27,850 nucleotides of DNA from Minisyncoccota bacterium (GCA_017992485.1 JAGOOL010000001.1:1-27850); one strand, 5' to 3'. Positions 9,143 to 18,095 are shown, numbered from the stretch's first letter. A program made the numbers and translations. The notes: generated by a model not told the origin, from the letters alone.

Positions 9143-9259
9143 TTGTATATTTTCGAGCAGAGCTCGCTCCTACTTATAATTCAACAAAAGTAGTTGTATC
9201 AAATAGTGTTTTCTTTTGCAAGAGGAAAACTTCATTTTTAAAGATTTCACTACATTTTT

Positions 9260-9751
9260 CTATTTTCTTGAGGCATATTGGTGTCCGAAAACGGCGGACC
9301 CAGCGAGAGCAATAGCAATTGCGTCCATTTCATCATCCACCATTTTTCGATCGGGGAGCGTTATGAGTTTGCCAACCATCATAGCAACAGCTGACTTTTC
9401 AGCTTTTCCGTAGCCGGTAATGGCGAGCTTTACCTGCATTGGACCGATCTCACGAGTTGGAATACCAAGTTTTCCAGCCGCCGCCAAAATCACACCTCGA
9501 GCCTCGGCAACACCGATTACTGTCGTCACATTCTTCGACATAAAAAGTTGCTCCATAATAAGGAGATCAGGTTTATATTCAAAGAGAATTCGTTCGATCT
9601 CGACTGCAACCACAGCGAGACGTTCTGACATTTCTTGTTTCTTGTCGGTTTGTACAAGCATGGAAAAAAGCAGAGCATCTTTACTGCCATTGCGGTCAAT
9701 TACCGCTATTCCATTTCTATCAAAGCCGGGATCGATACCGATGATTTTCAT
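9260..9751 (-). CDS. ruvC: Holliday junction resolvase RuvC
   Basis: IIGIDPG, LIMEQLF, AEARGVI, VKLAITGYGKAEK and DDEMDAIAIAL catalytic motifs. Confidence 0.97.
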   Translation of the reverse strand: MKIIGIDPGFDRNGIAVIDRNGSKDALLFSMLVQTDKKQEMSERLAVVAVEIERILFEYKPDLLIMEQLFMSKNVTTVIGVAEARGVILAAAGKLGIPTREIGPMQVKLAITGYGKAEKSAVAMMVGKLITLPDRKMVDDEMDAIAIALAGSAVFGHQYASRK

Positions 9752-9769
9752 GGGGTAAGTATAGCGTAT

Positions 9770-10822
9770 TTAAATAAGTGAATCTTGTTTCGGTTCCTTC
9801 CATTCAAAACCGAGATGGTCGTATGCGCGCTTTGTCGCAGTGCGTCCGCGCGGGGTGCGCTCGAGAAAACCGATTTGCAGCAAGTATGGCTCGATGACAT
9901 CTTCGATTGTACCTTCCTCTTCACTTGTCGCAGCAGCAAGTGTTTTAACACCAACTGGTCCGCCGTTAAATTTTTCAATCAATGTTTCGAGGAGGATGCG
10001 ATCTGTTTGTCCAAGTCCGTATTCATCAATACCAAGAAGTGCGAGCGCGCGCTTTGCAGCTTCAGTGCCAGCTTCAGTTTTGTGAACCTGTGCGTAGTCG
10101 CGAACACGTTTCAAAAAGTAGTTTGCAGTGCGGGGTGTGCGGCGGCTGCGTTTTGCTATTTCACTATGAGCATCGCCATCAAGTGTGACATCGAGAATTT
10201 TTGCAGAGCGCTCAATGATACGTTCGATTTCTTCAGGTGTGTAGTATTCGAGACGAAATGTGCCACCAGAAAAACGAGAGCGAAGCGGCGCAGAGAGTAG
10301 GGAAATACGAGTTGTTGCGGCGATGAGGGTAAACGGCGGAAGTTCGAGCTGAATTGTTCGAGCTGACGGACCTTTACCGATAATAATATCGAGCGTACCA
10401 CCCTCCATGGCAGGGTAGAGGACTTCCTCGATCATTTTGTTGAGGCGATGTATTTCGTCGATAAAAAGAATATCGCCAGGGGTGAGATTGGTGAGAATGG
10501 AAGCTAAGTCACCGACGCGTTCAATGGCCGGTCCAGAAGTAACCTTGATATTGCGGCCAGTTTCCTTGGCAATGAGGTGGGCGAGGGTGGTTTTGCCCAA
10601 ACCTGGTGGTCCATAGAAGAGAATATGTTCTGCTGTATGCCCTCGTTCTTGTGCCGCATCGAGCAAAATACGGAGATTTTCCTTGATATGGCTCTGTCCT
10701 ATGTATTCCTCCCATTTAGCAGGGCGAAGCGTAACGTCGAGGAAACCGTCATCGGCTGATTTTTTGGAAATGCCCGGATTTGGGGCAGTATTTTCATTGA
10801 TTTCTTGGTCTGTGCTTGACAT
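9770..10822 (-). CDS. ruvB: Holliday junction branch migration ATPase RuvB
   Basis: [45 protein letters not shown]. Confidence 0.98.
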   Translation of the reverse strand: MSSTDQEINENTAPNPGISKKSADDGFLDVTLRPAKWEEYIGQSHIKENLRILLDAAQERGHTAEHILFYGPPGLGKTTLAHLIAKETGRNIKVTSGPAIERVGDLASILTNLTPGDILFIDEIHRLNKMIEEVLYPAMEGGTLDIIIGKGPSARTIQLELPPFTLIAATTRISLLSAPLRSRFSGGTFRLEYYTPEEIERIIERSAKILDVTLDGDAHSEIAKRSRRTPRTANYFLKRVRDYAQVHKTEAGTEAAKRALALLGIDEYGLGQTDRILLETLIEKFNGGPVGVKTLAAATSEEEGTIEDVIEPYLLQIGFLERTPRGRTATKRAYDHLGFEWKEPKQDSLI

Positions 10823-10921
10823 AAATTTTTGTCTATGCTATACTCTTTTTAGATTAAACGTGCTTAACAGAAAACGGTGTTGTGAAATAAGGGTGCTTCG
10901 GCAATCCACACAATACACATC

Positions 10922-10930
10922 TTATCCACA
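10922..10930 (+). promoter_or_regulatory. Perfect DnaA box outside oriC
   Basis: TTATCCACA at 10922-10930, with CAATCCACA at 10902-10910 and TATAAT at 10933-10938. Confidence 0.5.
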
Positions 10931-11001
10931 GATATAATCACAGCTTCTGCGGGATGCGCGCTTACAACCAAACTACAATATGAATAATAGCAGATATCTA
11001 C

Positions 11002-11163
11002 GAAGAGGTCTTGAATCTCTAAGCAATCGGATCAACGTCTATAGAGTTTTGCGAAGGACGTCTTGGTGCCTGGCTTCGGCCGCGTTCCTGGGGCTATCCT
11101 TCAAAAATCTTTTACTTGTCTCCTCCGGGTTACAAGGATTGTTTGGAGATTTAAGATTTTTTC
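11002..11163 (+). ncRNA. ssrS: Probable 6S RNA (SsrS-like long hairpin with central bubble)
   Basis: 11002-11028 pairs with 11137-11163 over 27 consecutive bp (6 G-U pairs that work only on the + strand). There is an asymmetric central bubble (11029-11042 / 11111-11136) and an inner irregular stem (11043-11110) capped by GGC-UUCG-GCC. Ends are approximate. Confidence 0.72.
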
Positions 11164-11211
11164 CTCCTAACTAACTAATTATATTTCAGTATCGTGTGTA
11201 TCTAATCTAAT

Positions 11212-11241
11212 AGAAAAACCCAGAGTAATCTGGGTTTTTCT
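11212..11241. terminator. Bidirectional intrinsic terminator
   Basis: AGAAAAACCCAGA-GTAA-TCTGGGTTTTTCT, between the + strand ncRNA and the - strand pilB. Confidence 0.85.
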
Positions 11242-11284
11242 TATTGGTTTTTAAATAATCAAAGGTGTATTACGTGGTGCATTT

Positions 11285-12979
11285 TTATTCTCCCTCCATT
11301 TCCACAACACTTGCGAGCTCTTCAATAGAAGTCACACCATTTAAAATCTTGATGACACCATCTTCTTTCATATCAAGTGTTCCTTGGAGGTCGCCAACTT
11401 TTTTAATATCACGCTCAGAAGGATTCGTTGGAATAATTTTCTCGAGATTTTCGTCTGTGTAAATTGCCTCAAAGACACCAATACGCCCCTTATAACCGGC
11501 ATTGCATTTATCACAACCAACAGGTTTATATAGTTCGATCTTCTGATCAGCCTTAACCCCGTACACTTCGATATTTTTTCCGGCAGCAACTGCGCCAGTG
11601 AGAATATTCCTAATAAGTGTTTCTTCTTCGGATGTCGGTTCACGTTTAGCCTTACAGACCGGACAGAGTTTACGAATGAGTCGCTGCGCCATTGAGAGAT
11701 TGAGTGCCGAAACCAAAATTTTTGCATTTACATCGAGGTCAATCAATCGGGGAATAACACCACCGGCATTGTTGGTATGGAGCGTTGAAAAAACCAGGTG
11801 ACCAGTGAGTGCTGATTCAACAGCAATTTTTGCGGTTTCCGAATCTCGGATTTCACCCACCATGATAACGTCCGGGTCCTGACGAAGCGCAGAGCGCAAA
11901 CCTTCTAAGAAGGTATACCCTTTTTTACTATCTGTCTGCGTCTGCGTAATGCCTTTCAAATGGTATTCAATCGGGTCTTCAATAGTAATAATCTTGATTG
12001 CCTCAGAGTAAATACGTCTCAGAAACGCATACAAGGTCGTGGTTTTACCGGAACCAGTCGGACCAGTAATGAGAATGAGACCATTTGGTTTCTTAATCTC
12101 GTGCTCGATGATGCCAAAGAGTTTCGGTTCAATGCCAAGCTCTTCGAGATCAACTTGAATTGATTTTGGATTGAGAAGACGCATCACTGTTGATTCACCA
12201 TACGCACCGGGAATAGCAGAGACACGAACAGAAATTTCAGTTTCACCGATCCAAATCGAGAAGCGGCCATCTTGGTTTTTGACTACCGTCAATTTCATGC
12301 CGGACAAAAGTTTGATACGAGAGATTAAATATTTGTAGACGTCATAGTTAAAGAAAAGCACGTCTTCGAGTACGCCATCAAGACGGTATCGCAAGCGAAT
12401 TCTATCTTCTTCCGGTTCAATGTGGATATCGGATGCATTCATCGAGATAGCGCCAGCCAAAATAATCTCGAGCATATGTGAGATTTTGTGTGTTTTATCA
12501 TCTGCTGAAATCTTTTCGATTGCACTCGTGAGGTCGGGGATAGTGTGAATGTCTTTTCCGATTTCAATAAGCTTGTCTCCGGCAATATCAAGAGTGCCAG
12601 ATTTAACCCGGTCAGCATACGAAATTTCTTTGTAGCGTTCCCAGACTTTCTCAAGCGAAGAACGTGAGGCCATGTAGAAAATCGGGTCCATTCCCTTATC
12701 TTTGAGTTTTTTGAATAGGTCTTGAATTTCGCGACGCTCCGGAGCATGGACGGCAACGTGAATTGTGTGACCGAGAACCTTAAAAGGAGCAGCTTCTATA
12801 GCGCGGGCTTCGGGCTCAGTGAGAGCGCGAACAGCCTCGTTCTCAATCGGGATACTGTTGAGATTTACATAGGGAATATTGTACTTTTGCTCAGCGAGCA
12901 TCTGTATGAGTTCTTCTTCTTCCTTCTTTTTGAGGTCATCGATCTTTTTGAGCTCTTTTTGTTCATCGAACTTCGGCAT
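11285..12979 (-). CDS. pilB: Type IV pilus/T2SS assembly ATPase, GspE/PilB family
   Basis: ASDIHIEP, RYRLDGVL, GPTGSGKTTTLY, TIEDPIEY, LRQDPDVIMVGEIRD, TGHLVFSTLHTN, and the Zn motif CPVC...CDKC. Confidence 0.92.
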   Translation of the reverse strand: MPKFDEQKELKKIDDLKKKEEEELIQMLAEQKYNIPYVNLNSIPIENEAVRALTEPEARAIEAAPFKVLGHTIHVAVHAPERREIQDLFKKLKDKGMDPIFYMASRSSLEKVWERYKEISYADRVKSGTLDIAGDKLIEIGKDIHTIPDLTSAIEKISADDKTHKISHMLEIILAGAISMNASDIHIEPEEDRIRLRYRLDGVLEDVLFFNYDVYKYLISRIKLLSGMKLTVVKNQDGRFSIWIGETEISVRVSAIPGAYGESTVMRLLNPKSIQVDLEELGIEPKLFGIIEHEIKKPNGLILITGPTGSGKTTTLYAFLRRIYSEAIKIITIEDPIEYHLKGITQTQTDSKKGYTFLEGLRSALRQDPDVIMVGEIRDSETAKIAVESALTGHLVFSTLHTNNAGGVIPRLIDLDVNAKILVSALNLSMAQRLIRKLCPVCKAKREPTSEEETLIRNILTGAVAAGKNIEVYGVKADQKIELYKPVGCDKCNAGYKGRIGVFEAIYTDENLEKIIPTNPSERDIKKVGDLQGTLDMKEDGVIKILNGVTSIEELASVVEMEGE

Positions 12980-13082
12980 AGGGAAATTGTAGCATGGAAT
13001 GTCAGAGCAGAGGCCAAAAAGCCTTGTGAAATAGCCCTAAAACGGGTTTCTCCACAACCCATATATAAGTAAGGTCAAGACC

Positions 13083-13111
13083 TTGACTTTTGTATCATAA
13101 AGTGTTATCAT
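13083..13111 (+). promoter_or_regulatory. Sigma70-type promoter for the 599-aa secreted protein gene
   Basis: TTGACT (13083-13088), 17 nt, TATCAT (13106-13111). Confidence 0.65.
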
Positions 13112-13182
13112 ATACACAAATAACAAATCTACTTATTCCCCAAAATCCCTTAATTCTGTAACCCCATAACAAAGAAATAGAT

Positions 13183-14982
13183 ATGAAAAAGCTCATTACA
13201 ATGACAGTAATTGCCATTTTGGCTCTTACTGCTACACAAGCGTTTGCACGCAAACCACAACCAGTTGCTCCGTTCCTGTTTGATAGCAACAACAACAAAG
13301 TTGCTTATACAGCAGAACAAGTGAGAGAAATCTTTGCGACTAAAACTGGACTTAATTGCTCAGTAGATGCAGCCGCAGCAAAAATTCTTGAGAAAATAAA
13401 CGTTCAAAAGGAAAATGCAGGTTTGTATCCGGGACAAGATTATACCGAACTACAGGATTTTCTTGATTCAATGAAATTGTATCAAGCGGAAGACTGGGTA
13501 TATACCCTTGGACTAGATCCTGATCAGCCGGATGTATTTGTTCCAGTAATGACCGATGGTCAACCGGGACGAGCAAAAGAAGGAGATGAAGGTTTTTTTG
13601 GAGTTTGGGTAAGTCAGTTGGACGAGACGATTACGCCGGAACAAGATGTTTTATTCATTCTGTTCTATGCAAATTGTATCAATCCTCCTGATGTTGCTCT
13701 CAACGTCAAAAAACTTTCTCAGCCTCAACTTCCTGCTGCTGATGGAATGCAAAATGAAAACAGTGATGAAATTGGTGGAAGCAGTAGCTCTTCATCAATA
13801 GCGTCATCGAATGTCGATGTCGACATTGCAAGTTCTGAACCGAATATTATTTATGTTGAAACTGCTCCCCAGCAAATGATGCCATATGGAGGCGGAATGA
13901 TGGGTGGGCAAGTATATGCTCAAGCAAGTTTCGGTGGTGGATGTGGTGGTTGTAATCAACAATCACAAGCCCCTACATTTATTGATAACAGTATTCAGAA
14001 TATTGATAACTCACAAGTTATCACTGAAACGATTATCAATGAACACAACAATAATAATAACGGCAACAACAGCAATAACATTATCGACAGCGGTAACGAC
14101 AACAGTAATACTGATAGTCACGACGACAATAGTACGACTGACAGTCATGATGTAATCGTTAACAACATTCCTAGAACCCCTCGTGGTCATCATCCTCATG
14201 TTCCAGGTCCGATTATCGGTGGCCCAGTGGGTGCTGATAACGGTGGAACAGGTGGAACAGGTGGTACTGGTGGAAATGGGTCTGACGAAGAAGGTTGGAT
14301 CGATGAAAACCCAGGTACCGGTGGTACAGGCGGCACAGGCGGAACAGGTGGTACAGGTGACGATGAAGAAGGTTGGAATCCTCCCGGAACCATCGATGAA
14401 CAAGGTGGCGGGAGAATAATAAACCCTAGAGGAAATGGAAATTCGGGTGGTGGATTGGCTTCTCAAAATCAATCAGCACAACCGAAAAGAAAACTTTCTT
14501 ATTCTGGTCAATCAGAATCTAACCCATCTAACCCAACGCCAACACCTACGAACAACACTTCAACAAGAAATGATGTCCAAGGAAAAAATGTTGGTAACAA
14601 CTATCCATCGAACACAATTCCTGCCGCTGGCGGTCTTACATTAAAAAGAAGACTTGCTTCGGAAAATCAGCCAATGGCTTCTCTTGAAAAAAAGAATGAC
14701 AATTCCTCACGTCAACCTTCGGTAACGAAGCCGCGCCAAGAAAAGTCAGGATACAATTTTGATAGAAGAGATCAAAACAATAACCAAAAAGTTGATCAAC
14801 CAAGCGCTGAGAGAAAGAATCCTACTGTTAAGAAAGAACAAGTTCGCAAAGAACACGTTCAGAAAGAAAGAAAAGAGTATCGCCGTAAATCTCAGGTTAA
14901 AAAACCTAAGCAAAACAGTGTCTCTAGACCGAAATCTAAAAAGTCTAACAGTAAAAAAAGTGGTGGCTATTCATTTAGCTAA
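13183..14982 (+). CDS. Secreted low-complexity hypothetical protein (599 aa)
   Basis: Sec signal peptide (MKKLITMTVIAILALTATQAFA), ~150-aa folded-looking N-domain with two Cys, then Ser-, Gly/Met-, Asn/Asp- and (GGT)n-rich tracts, and a Lys/Arg-rich tail. Confidence 0.85.
   Translation: MKKLITMTVIAILALTATQAFARKPQPVAPFLFDSNNNKVAYTAEQVREIFATKTGLNCSVDAAAAKILEKINVQKENAGLYPGQDYTELQDFLDSMKLYQAEDWVYTLGLDPDQPDVFVPVMTDGQPGRAKEGDEGFFGVWVSQLDETITPEQDVLFILFYANCINPPDVALNVKKLSQPQLPAADGMQNENSDEIGGSSSSSSIASSNVDVDIASSEPNIIYVETAPQQMMPYGGGMMGGQVYAQASFGGGCGGCNQQSQAPTFIDNSIQNIDNSQVITETIINEHNNNNNGNNSNNIIDSGNDNSNTDSHDDNSTTDSHDVIVNNIPRTPRGHHPHVPGPIIGGPVGADNGGTGGTGGTGGNGSDEEGWIDENPGTGGTGGTGGTGGTGDDEEGWNPPGTIDEQGGGRIINPRGNGNSGGGLASQNQSAQPKRKLSYSGQSESNPSNPTPTPTNNTSTRNDVQGKNVGNNYPSNTIPAAGGLTLKRRLASENQPMASLEKKNDNSSRQPSVTKPRQEKSGYNFDRRDQNNNQKVDQPSAERKNPTVKKEQVRKEHVQKERKEYRRKSQVKKPKQNSVSRPKSKKSNSKKSGGYSFS
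14242..14376 (+). repeat. Internal coding repeat (GGT)n-x-DEEGW, 2 copies
   Basis: GGTGGTGGTGGNGSDEEGW and GGTGGTGGTGGTGDDEEGW; the DNA copies differ at synonymous positions. Confidence 0.8.
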
Positions 14983-15014
14983 AAAACACGCAAACATTTG
15001 TAACCCTAAAAACT

Positions 15015-15036
15015 GGAGGTTTCTATAGAAACCTCC
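15015..15036. terminator. Perfect 22-bp palindrome, probable terminator
   Basis: GGAGGTTTCTATAGAAACCTCC followed by TTATTTT. Confidence 0.7.
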
Positions 15037-15106
15037 TTATTTTCAAGAATTTGAGTTCGACTCGAATTTTTAAAAGTAATTATTATAAGTTTATTAGAAG
15101 AAGTAT

Positions 15107-17446
15107 ATGAATATAAAGAATAGTATAAAAACAATTTTTGTTTTAGTAATCGCTGCAATAGCGTTCTTTGGAGTGTCTGTTGCAAAGGCGAGTGCTGGTA
15201 CAGCGGTTTTTAATACAGACCCGCGAGACTTGATTACGACATCAGTGTCGAATGCAACACTTCAACCAAACTGTATTAACTGTTGGACACCATCAGTTGA
15301 AATGCAGCCAGGACAGATTGTTTCTGTTCGCGTCTACTACCACAACACTGGTACAGATGTTGCTCGCGACACACGCATTCGCATTTCTCCCGAATTTGAA
15401 CCAGCGGTCAACACTAAGTTGATGACAGGTGGCGTTTGGGCAAGTAATGCGAGTCTCGTGCGTGCATACGCAACGGTTCGTATCCCAGGTACACCGCAGA
15501 CAATTACCTACATTCCAGGTACTGCTGCATGGTTCCCAGACCAGATCGAAACAAATCCACGTTACTTGAACGCGGCACAACAGGCGGCACTTTTCAGTAC
15601 TGCTGGTTTCTCGATCGGTGATATTGCTCCAGACAGCACATGTCAGGTGACTTTCTGTCACCAGGGTTCAGTTGTTGCTCGTTTCCGAATCGGCAATGCT
15701 GTTACTCCTCCAACTGTCTACGTTTGTAGCGACAGTCGTGACAACGACGGCGATGGTCTCACAGACTTTCCTTCAGACCCAGGATGTTCGTCTCCAACAG
15801 ACAACGATGAATATAATCAGATTATTCCACCAGTTGTCTACATCTGTAGCGATGCTCGTGACAACGACGGCGATGGTCTCACAGACTTTCCTTCAGACCC
15901 AGGATGTTCGTCTCCAACAGACAACGATGAATATAATCAGATTATTCCACCACAGGCTTTTGTTACTGCTACAACTCAACCAGCAACAAACATCACTGAA
16001 ACAAATGCGACAATCAACGGTTCATTTGCAACCAACCAATCTCAGGCTGCAACATGGTTCGAATGGGGAACATCACAAAGTCTCGGCAATACAACTGCCC
16101 AGCAAATAATGTCTGGCTCATCTGGTAGCATGTCTGCTCCACTCTATGGTTTGTCTCCAAATGTTCGCTACTTCTTCCGTGCTTGTGCAGATACTTCAGT
16201 AACTGCACCATCATGTGGTGGCGTACTTCAGTTCATGACAAGCATACAGGTAATTAACGCTCCAACAGTTATCACAAACTCAGGCAACTGTAGTGCAACA
16301 CAGAACTCATTTAGTATGTCTGGCTCATTCAACTCAAATGGTCAGTCAGCTGTAACAACATGGTTCCAGTACGGTATTGCACCATCACTCAACATGCAGG
16401 GTGGTAACCAAAACCAGTCTTCTCAGTCAGGAACAATGAACTTTACGGTATATGGCCTTCAGGCAAATACTACGTACACATTCCAGGCTGTTGCTCAAAA
16501 CCAGGGTGGCACGTCATACGGAACTGTCCTTACTTGTACAACAAACGGTGTTGTTATTCCTCCACCACCAGTAGTTACACAGCCGGTTGTCACAACTGTC
16601 GGTGCATCTAATGTCTCTCAGACATCAGCTCGCTTGAATGGTTTCCTCAATACTGCAGGTGGTAGTTCATGTACGTCAGCACTCTGTTTTCCAGTTGTTG
16701 CTCAGGCAGATGTCTGGTTCGATTGGGGAACAAATCCTTCACTCGGTTACACAACACAACGCCAGACTGTTAGTGGTGGTATGACATTTAGCAACTTCCT
16801 CCCAAACCTTCAGCCAAATACTACATACTTCTTCCGCGCTATGGCACAGAACAATTATGGTATTGCAACTGGTCAGACCCTTTCATTCACAACTGCTCCA
16901 GCTGGCCAGGGCCCACAGGTTATCTATGTAAATACAAATACTGGTGGTAGTGGTCCGGTTGTCATGCTCAAGCTTGAATCAAACTTCTCTTCAGTTTGTG
17001 TCGGCGATACTGTGTACTACACAGCAACGTACGAAAACCTTACTCGTAAGTCACTCAAAGATGTTGTCGTTCAGGTAATCCTTCCTCAGGAAGAAACATT
17101 CCTCCGCGCAAGTCGAGGTAGTTACGCTGACGGTCCAAATACAATCACTGTTCTCGTTGGTGACCTCGCTGGTCGCGAAAAGGGAACATTCCAGATCGAA
17201 TCAACCGTAAATAGTCGCGGTAAAGCTGACGATACTCTCGTAGCAACCGGTACTGTCGTTTACACTATCGCTTCATCACATATTCAGGGAGATGCAATTG
17301 CATACTCACTTATCAATGTTGATTGTGGCGGTAACAGTCTCGCTGGTCTTGCACTCTTTGGTTCAGGCAGCTGTATCTTCTGGATAATCGTACTCCTCAT
17401 TATCCTTATCGCAGTTCTCCTTACACGACGATCATACCGCTATTAA
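15107..17446 (+). CDS. Membrane-anchored multidomain surface protein (779 aa)
   Basis: Signal peptide; DUF11-like segments near the N- and C-termini (SVRVYYHNTG; DTVYYTATYENL); two CSD.RDNDGDGLTDFPSDPGC repeats; three FnIII-like repeats (WF.WG...L.PNT.Y.FRA.A.N); C-terminal TM plus RRSYRY. Domain names are assigned by eye. Confidence 0.88.
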   Translation: MNIKNSIKTIFVLVIAAIAFFGVSVAKASAGTAVFNTDPRDLITTSVSNATLQPNCINCWTPSVEMQPGQIVSVRVYYHNTGTDVARDTRIRISPEFEPAVNTKLMTGGVWASNASLVRAYATVRIPGTPQTITYIPGTAAWFPDQIETNPRYLNAAQQAALFSTAGFSIGDIAPDSTCQVTFCHQGSVVARFRIGNAVTPPTVYVCSDSRDNDGDGLTDFPSDPGCSSPTDNDEYNQIIPPVVYICSDARDNDGDGLTDFPSDPGCSSPTDNDEYNQIIPPQAFVTATTQPATNITETNATINGSFATNQSQAATWFEWGTSQSLGNTTAQQIMSGSSGSMSAPLYGLSPNVRYFFRACADTSVTAPSCGGVLQFMTSIQVINAPTVITNSGNCSATQNSFSMSGSFNSNGQSAVTTWFQYGIAPSLNMQGGNQNQSSQSGTMNFTVYGLQANTTYTFQAVAQNQGGTSYGTVLTCTTNGVVIPPPPVVTQPVVTTVGASNVSQTSARLNGFLNTAGGSSCTSALCFPVVAQADVWFDWGTNPSLGYTTQRQTVSGGMTFSNFLPNLQPNTTYFFRAMAQNNYGIATGQTLSFTTAPAGQGPQVIYVNTNTGGSGPVVMLKLESNFSSVCVGDTVYYTATYENLTRKSLKDVVVQVILPQEETFLRASRGSYADGPNTITVLVGDLAGREKGTFQIESTVNSRGKADDTLVATGTVVYTIASSHIQGDAIAYSLINVDCGGNSLAGLALFGSGSCIFWIIVLLIILIAVLLTRRSYRY
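15713..15952 (+). repeat. 120-bp tandem duplication (two 40-aa units)
   Basis: 15736-15832 is identical to 15856-15952 (97 bp); period 120 bp. Confidence 0.95.
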
Positions 17447-17480
17447 GAAAAACTAAACTTTTTCTAAAATAAGAAAAAGA

Positions 17481-17510
17481 CAAAAAATCTCGCTTCGGCG
17501 GGATTTTTTG
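17481..17510. terminator. Intrinsic terminator
   Basis: CAAAAAATCTCGC-TTCG-GCGGGATTTTTTG after the surface protein gene. Confidence 0.85.
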
Positions 17511-17523
17511 CTATAGTACCGAT

Positions 17524-18000
17524 ATGGAATTAGAGACTAAAAAGGGGAGTGACTTCGGCCGTGTGGCTGTTGCGCTCCAGTCGATGATCGATGACTTCAA
17601 GAGCGATTCAGCCACAGTTGTGGCTCTTTGGGGTGACCTCGGGGCAGGAAAGACGACGCTGACGCAGTACTTGGCCAAGAGTTACGGCATCGAAGACGAA
17701 GTCGTTTCGCCGACATTTGTCATTATGAAAATCTATCCGCTCGCTGACCGAAGCCACGAAGATGATGACTCTGTGAACAATGGTCGCTACGAACGCTTCA
17801 TTCACATGGATGCATACCGTTTTGAAAATCCTGAAGAAGCAGCTGGTATTCGCCTACACGAATACATCGCTGATCCCAAAAATATTATGCTCATCGAATG
17901 GCCGGAGCTTTTGGGTGATGGTTTGCCGGACCGCAGAATCGATGTGAAGATCGCGCATAATGGTGAAGGGAGGAGAATTACGATTGCGGAACATACCTAA
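17524..18000 (+). CDS. tsaE: tRNA t6A biosynthesis ATPase TsaE
   Basis: LWGDLGAGKTT, VVSPTFVIMKIY, HMDAYRF, LIEWPE. Confidence 0.96.
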   Translation: MELETKKGSDFGRVAVALQSMIDDFKSDSATVVALWGDLGAGKTTLTQYLAKSYGIEDEVVSPTFVIMKIYPLADRSHEDDDSVNNGRYERFIHMDAYRFENPEEAAGIRLHEYIADPKNIMLIEWPELLGDGLPDRRIDVKIAHNGEGRRITIAEHT

Positions 18001-18010
18001 TTACTACAAC

Positions 18011-18035
18011 ATCGGACCCCGTGTCCGATTTTTTA
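18011..18035 (+). terminator. Intrinsic terminator after tsaE
   Basis: ATCGGAC-CCCGT-GTCCGAT-TTTTTA. Confidence 0.7.
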
Positions 18036-18095
18036 TTGACATTTCGTGTGAGTAGTATAAATTTAAGAAAAATTCTTACATAAATACACAAAACC

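Noticed and set aside
10980-11174. 64-aa + strand ORF, and a minus-strand AGGAGG with a short open frame
   Set aside because: Neither looks protein-like, the minus frame has no start codon, and the RNA fold explains the region better.
14242-15952. Repeats considered as a CRISPR array or mobile-element ends
   Set aside because: They are in-frame coding repeats with no spacers, cas genes, transposase or terminal inverted repeats.
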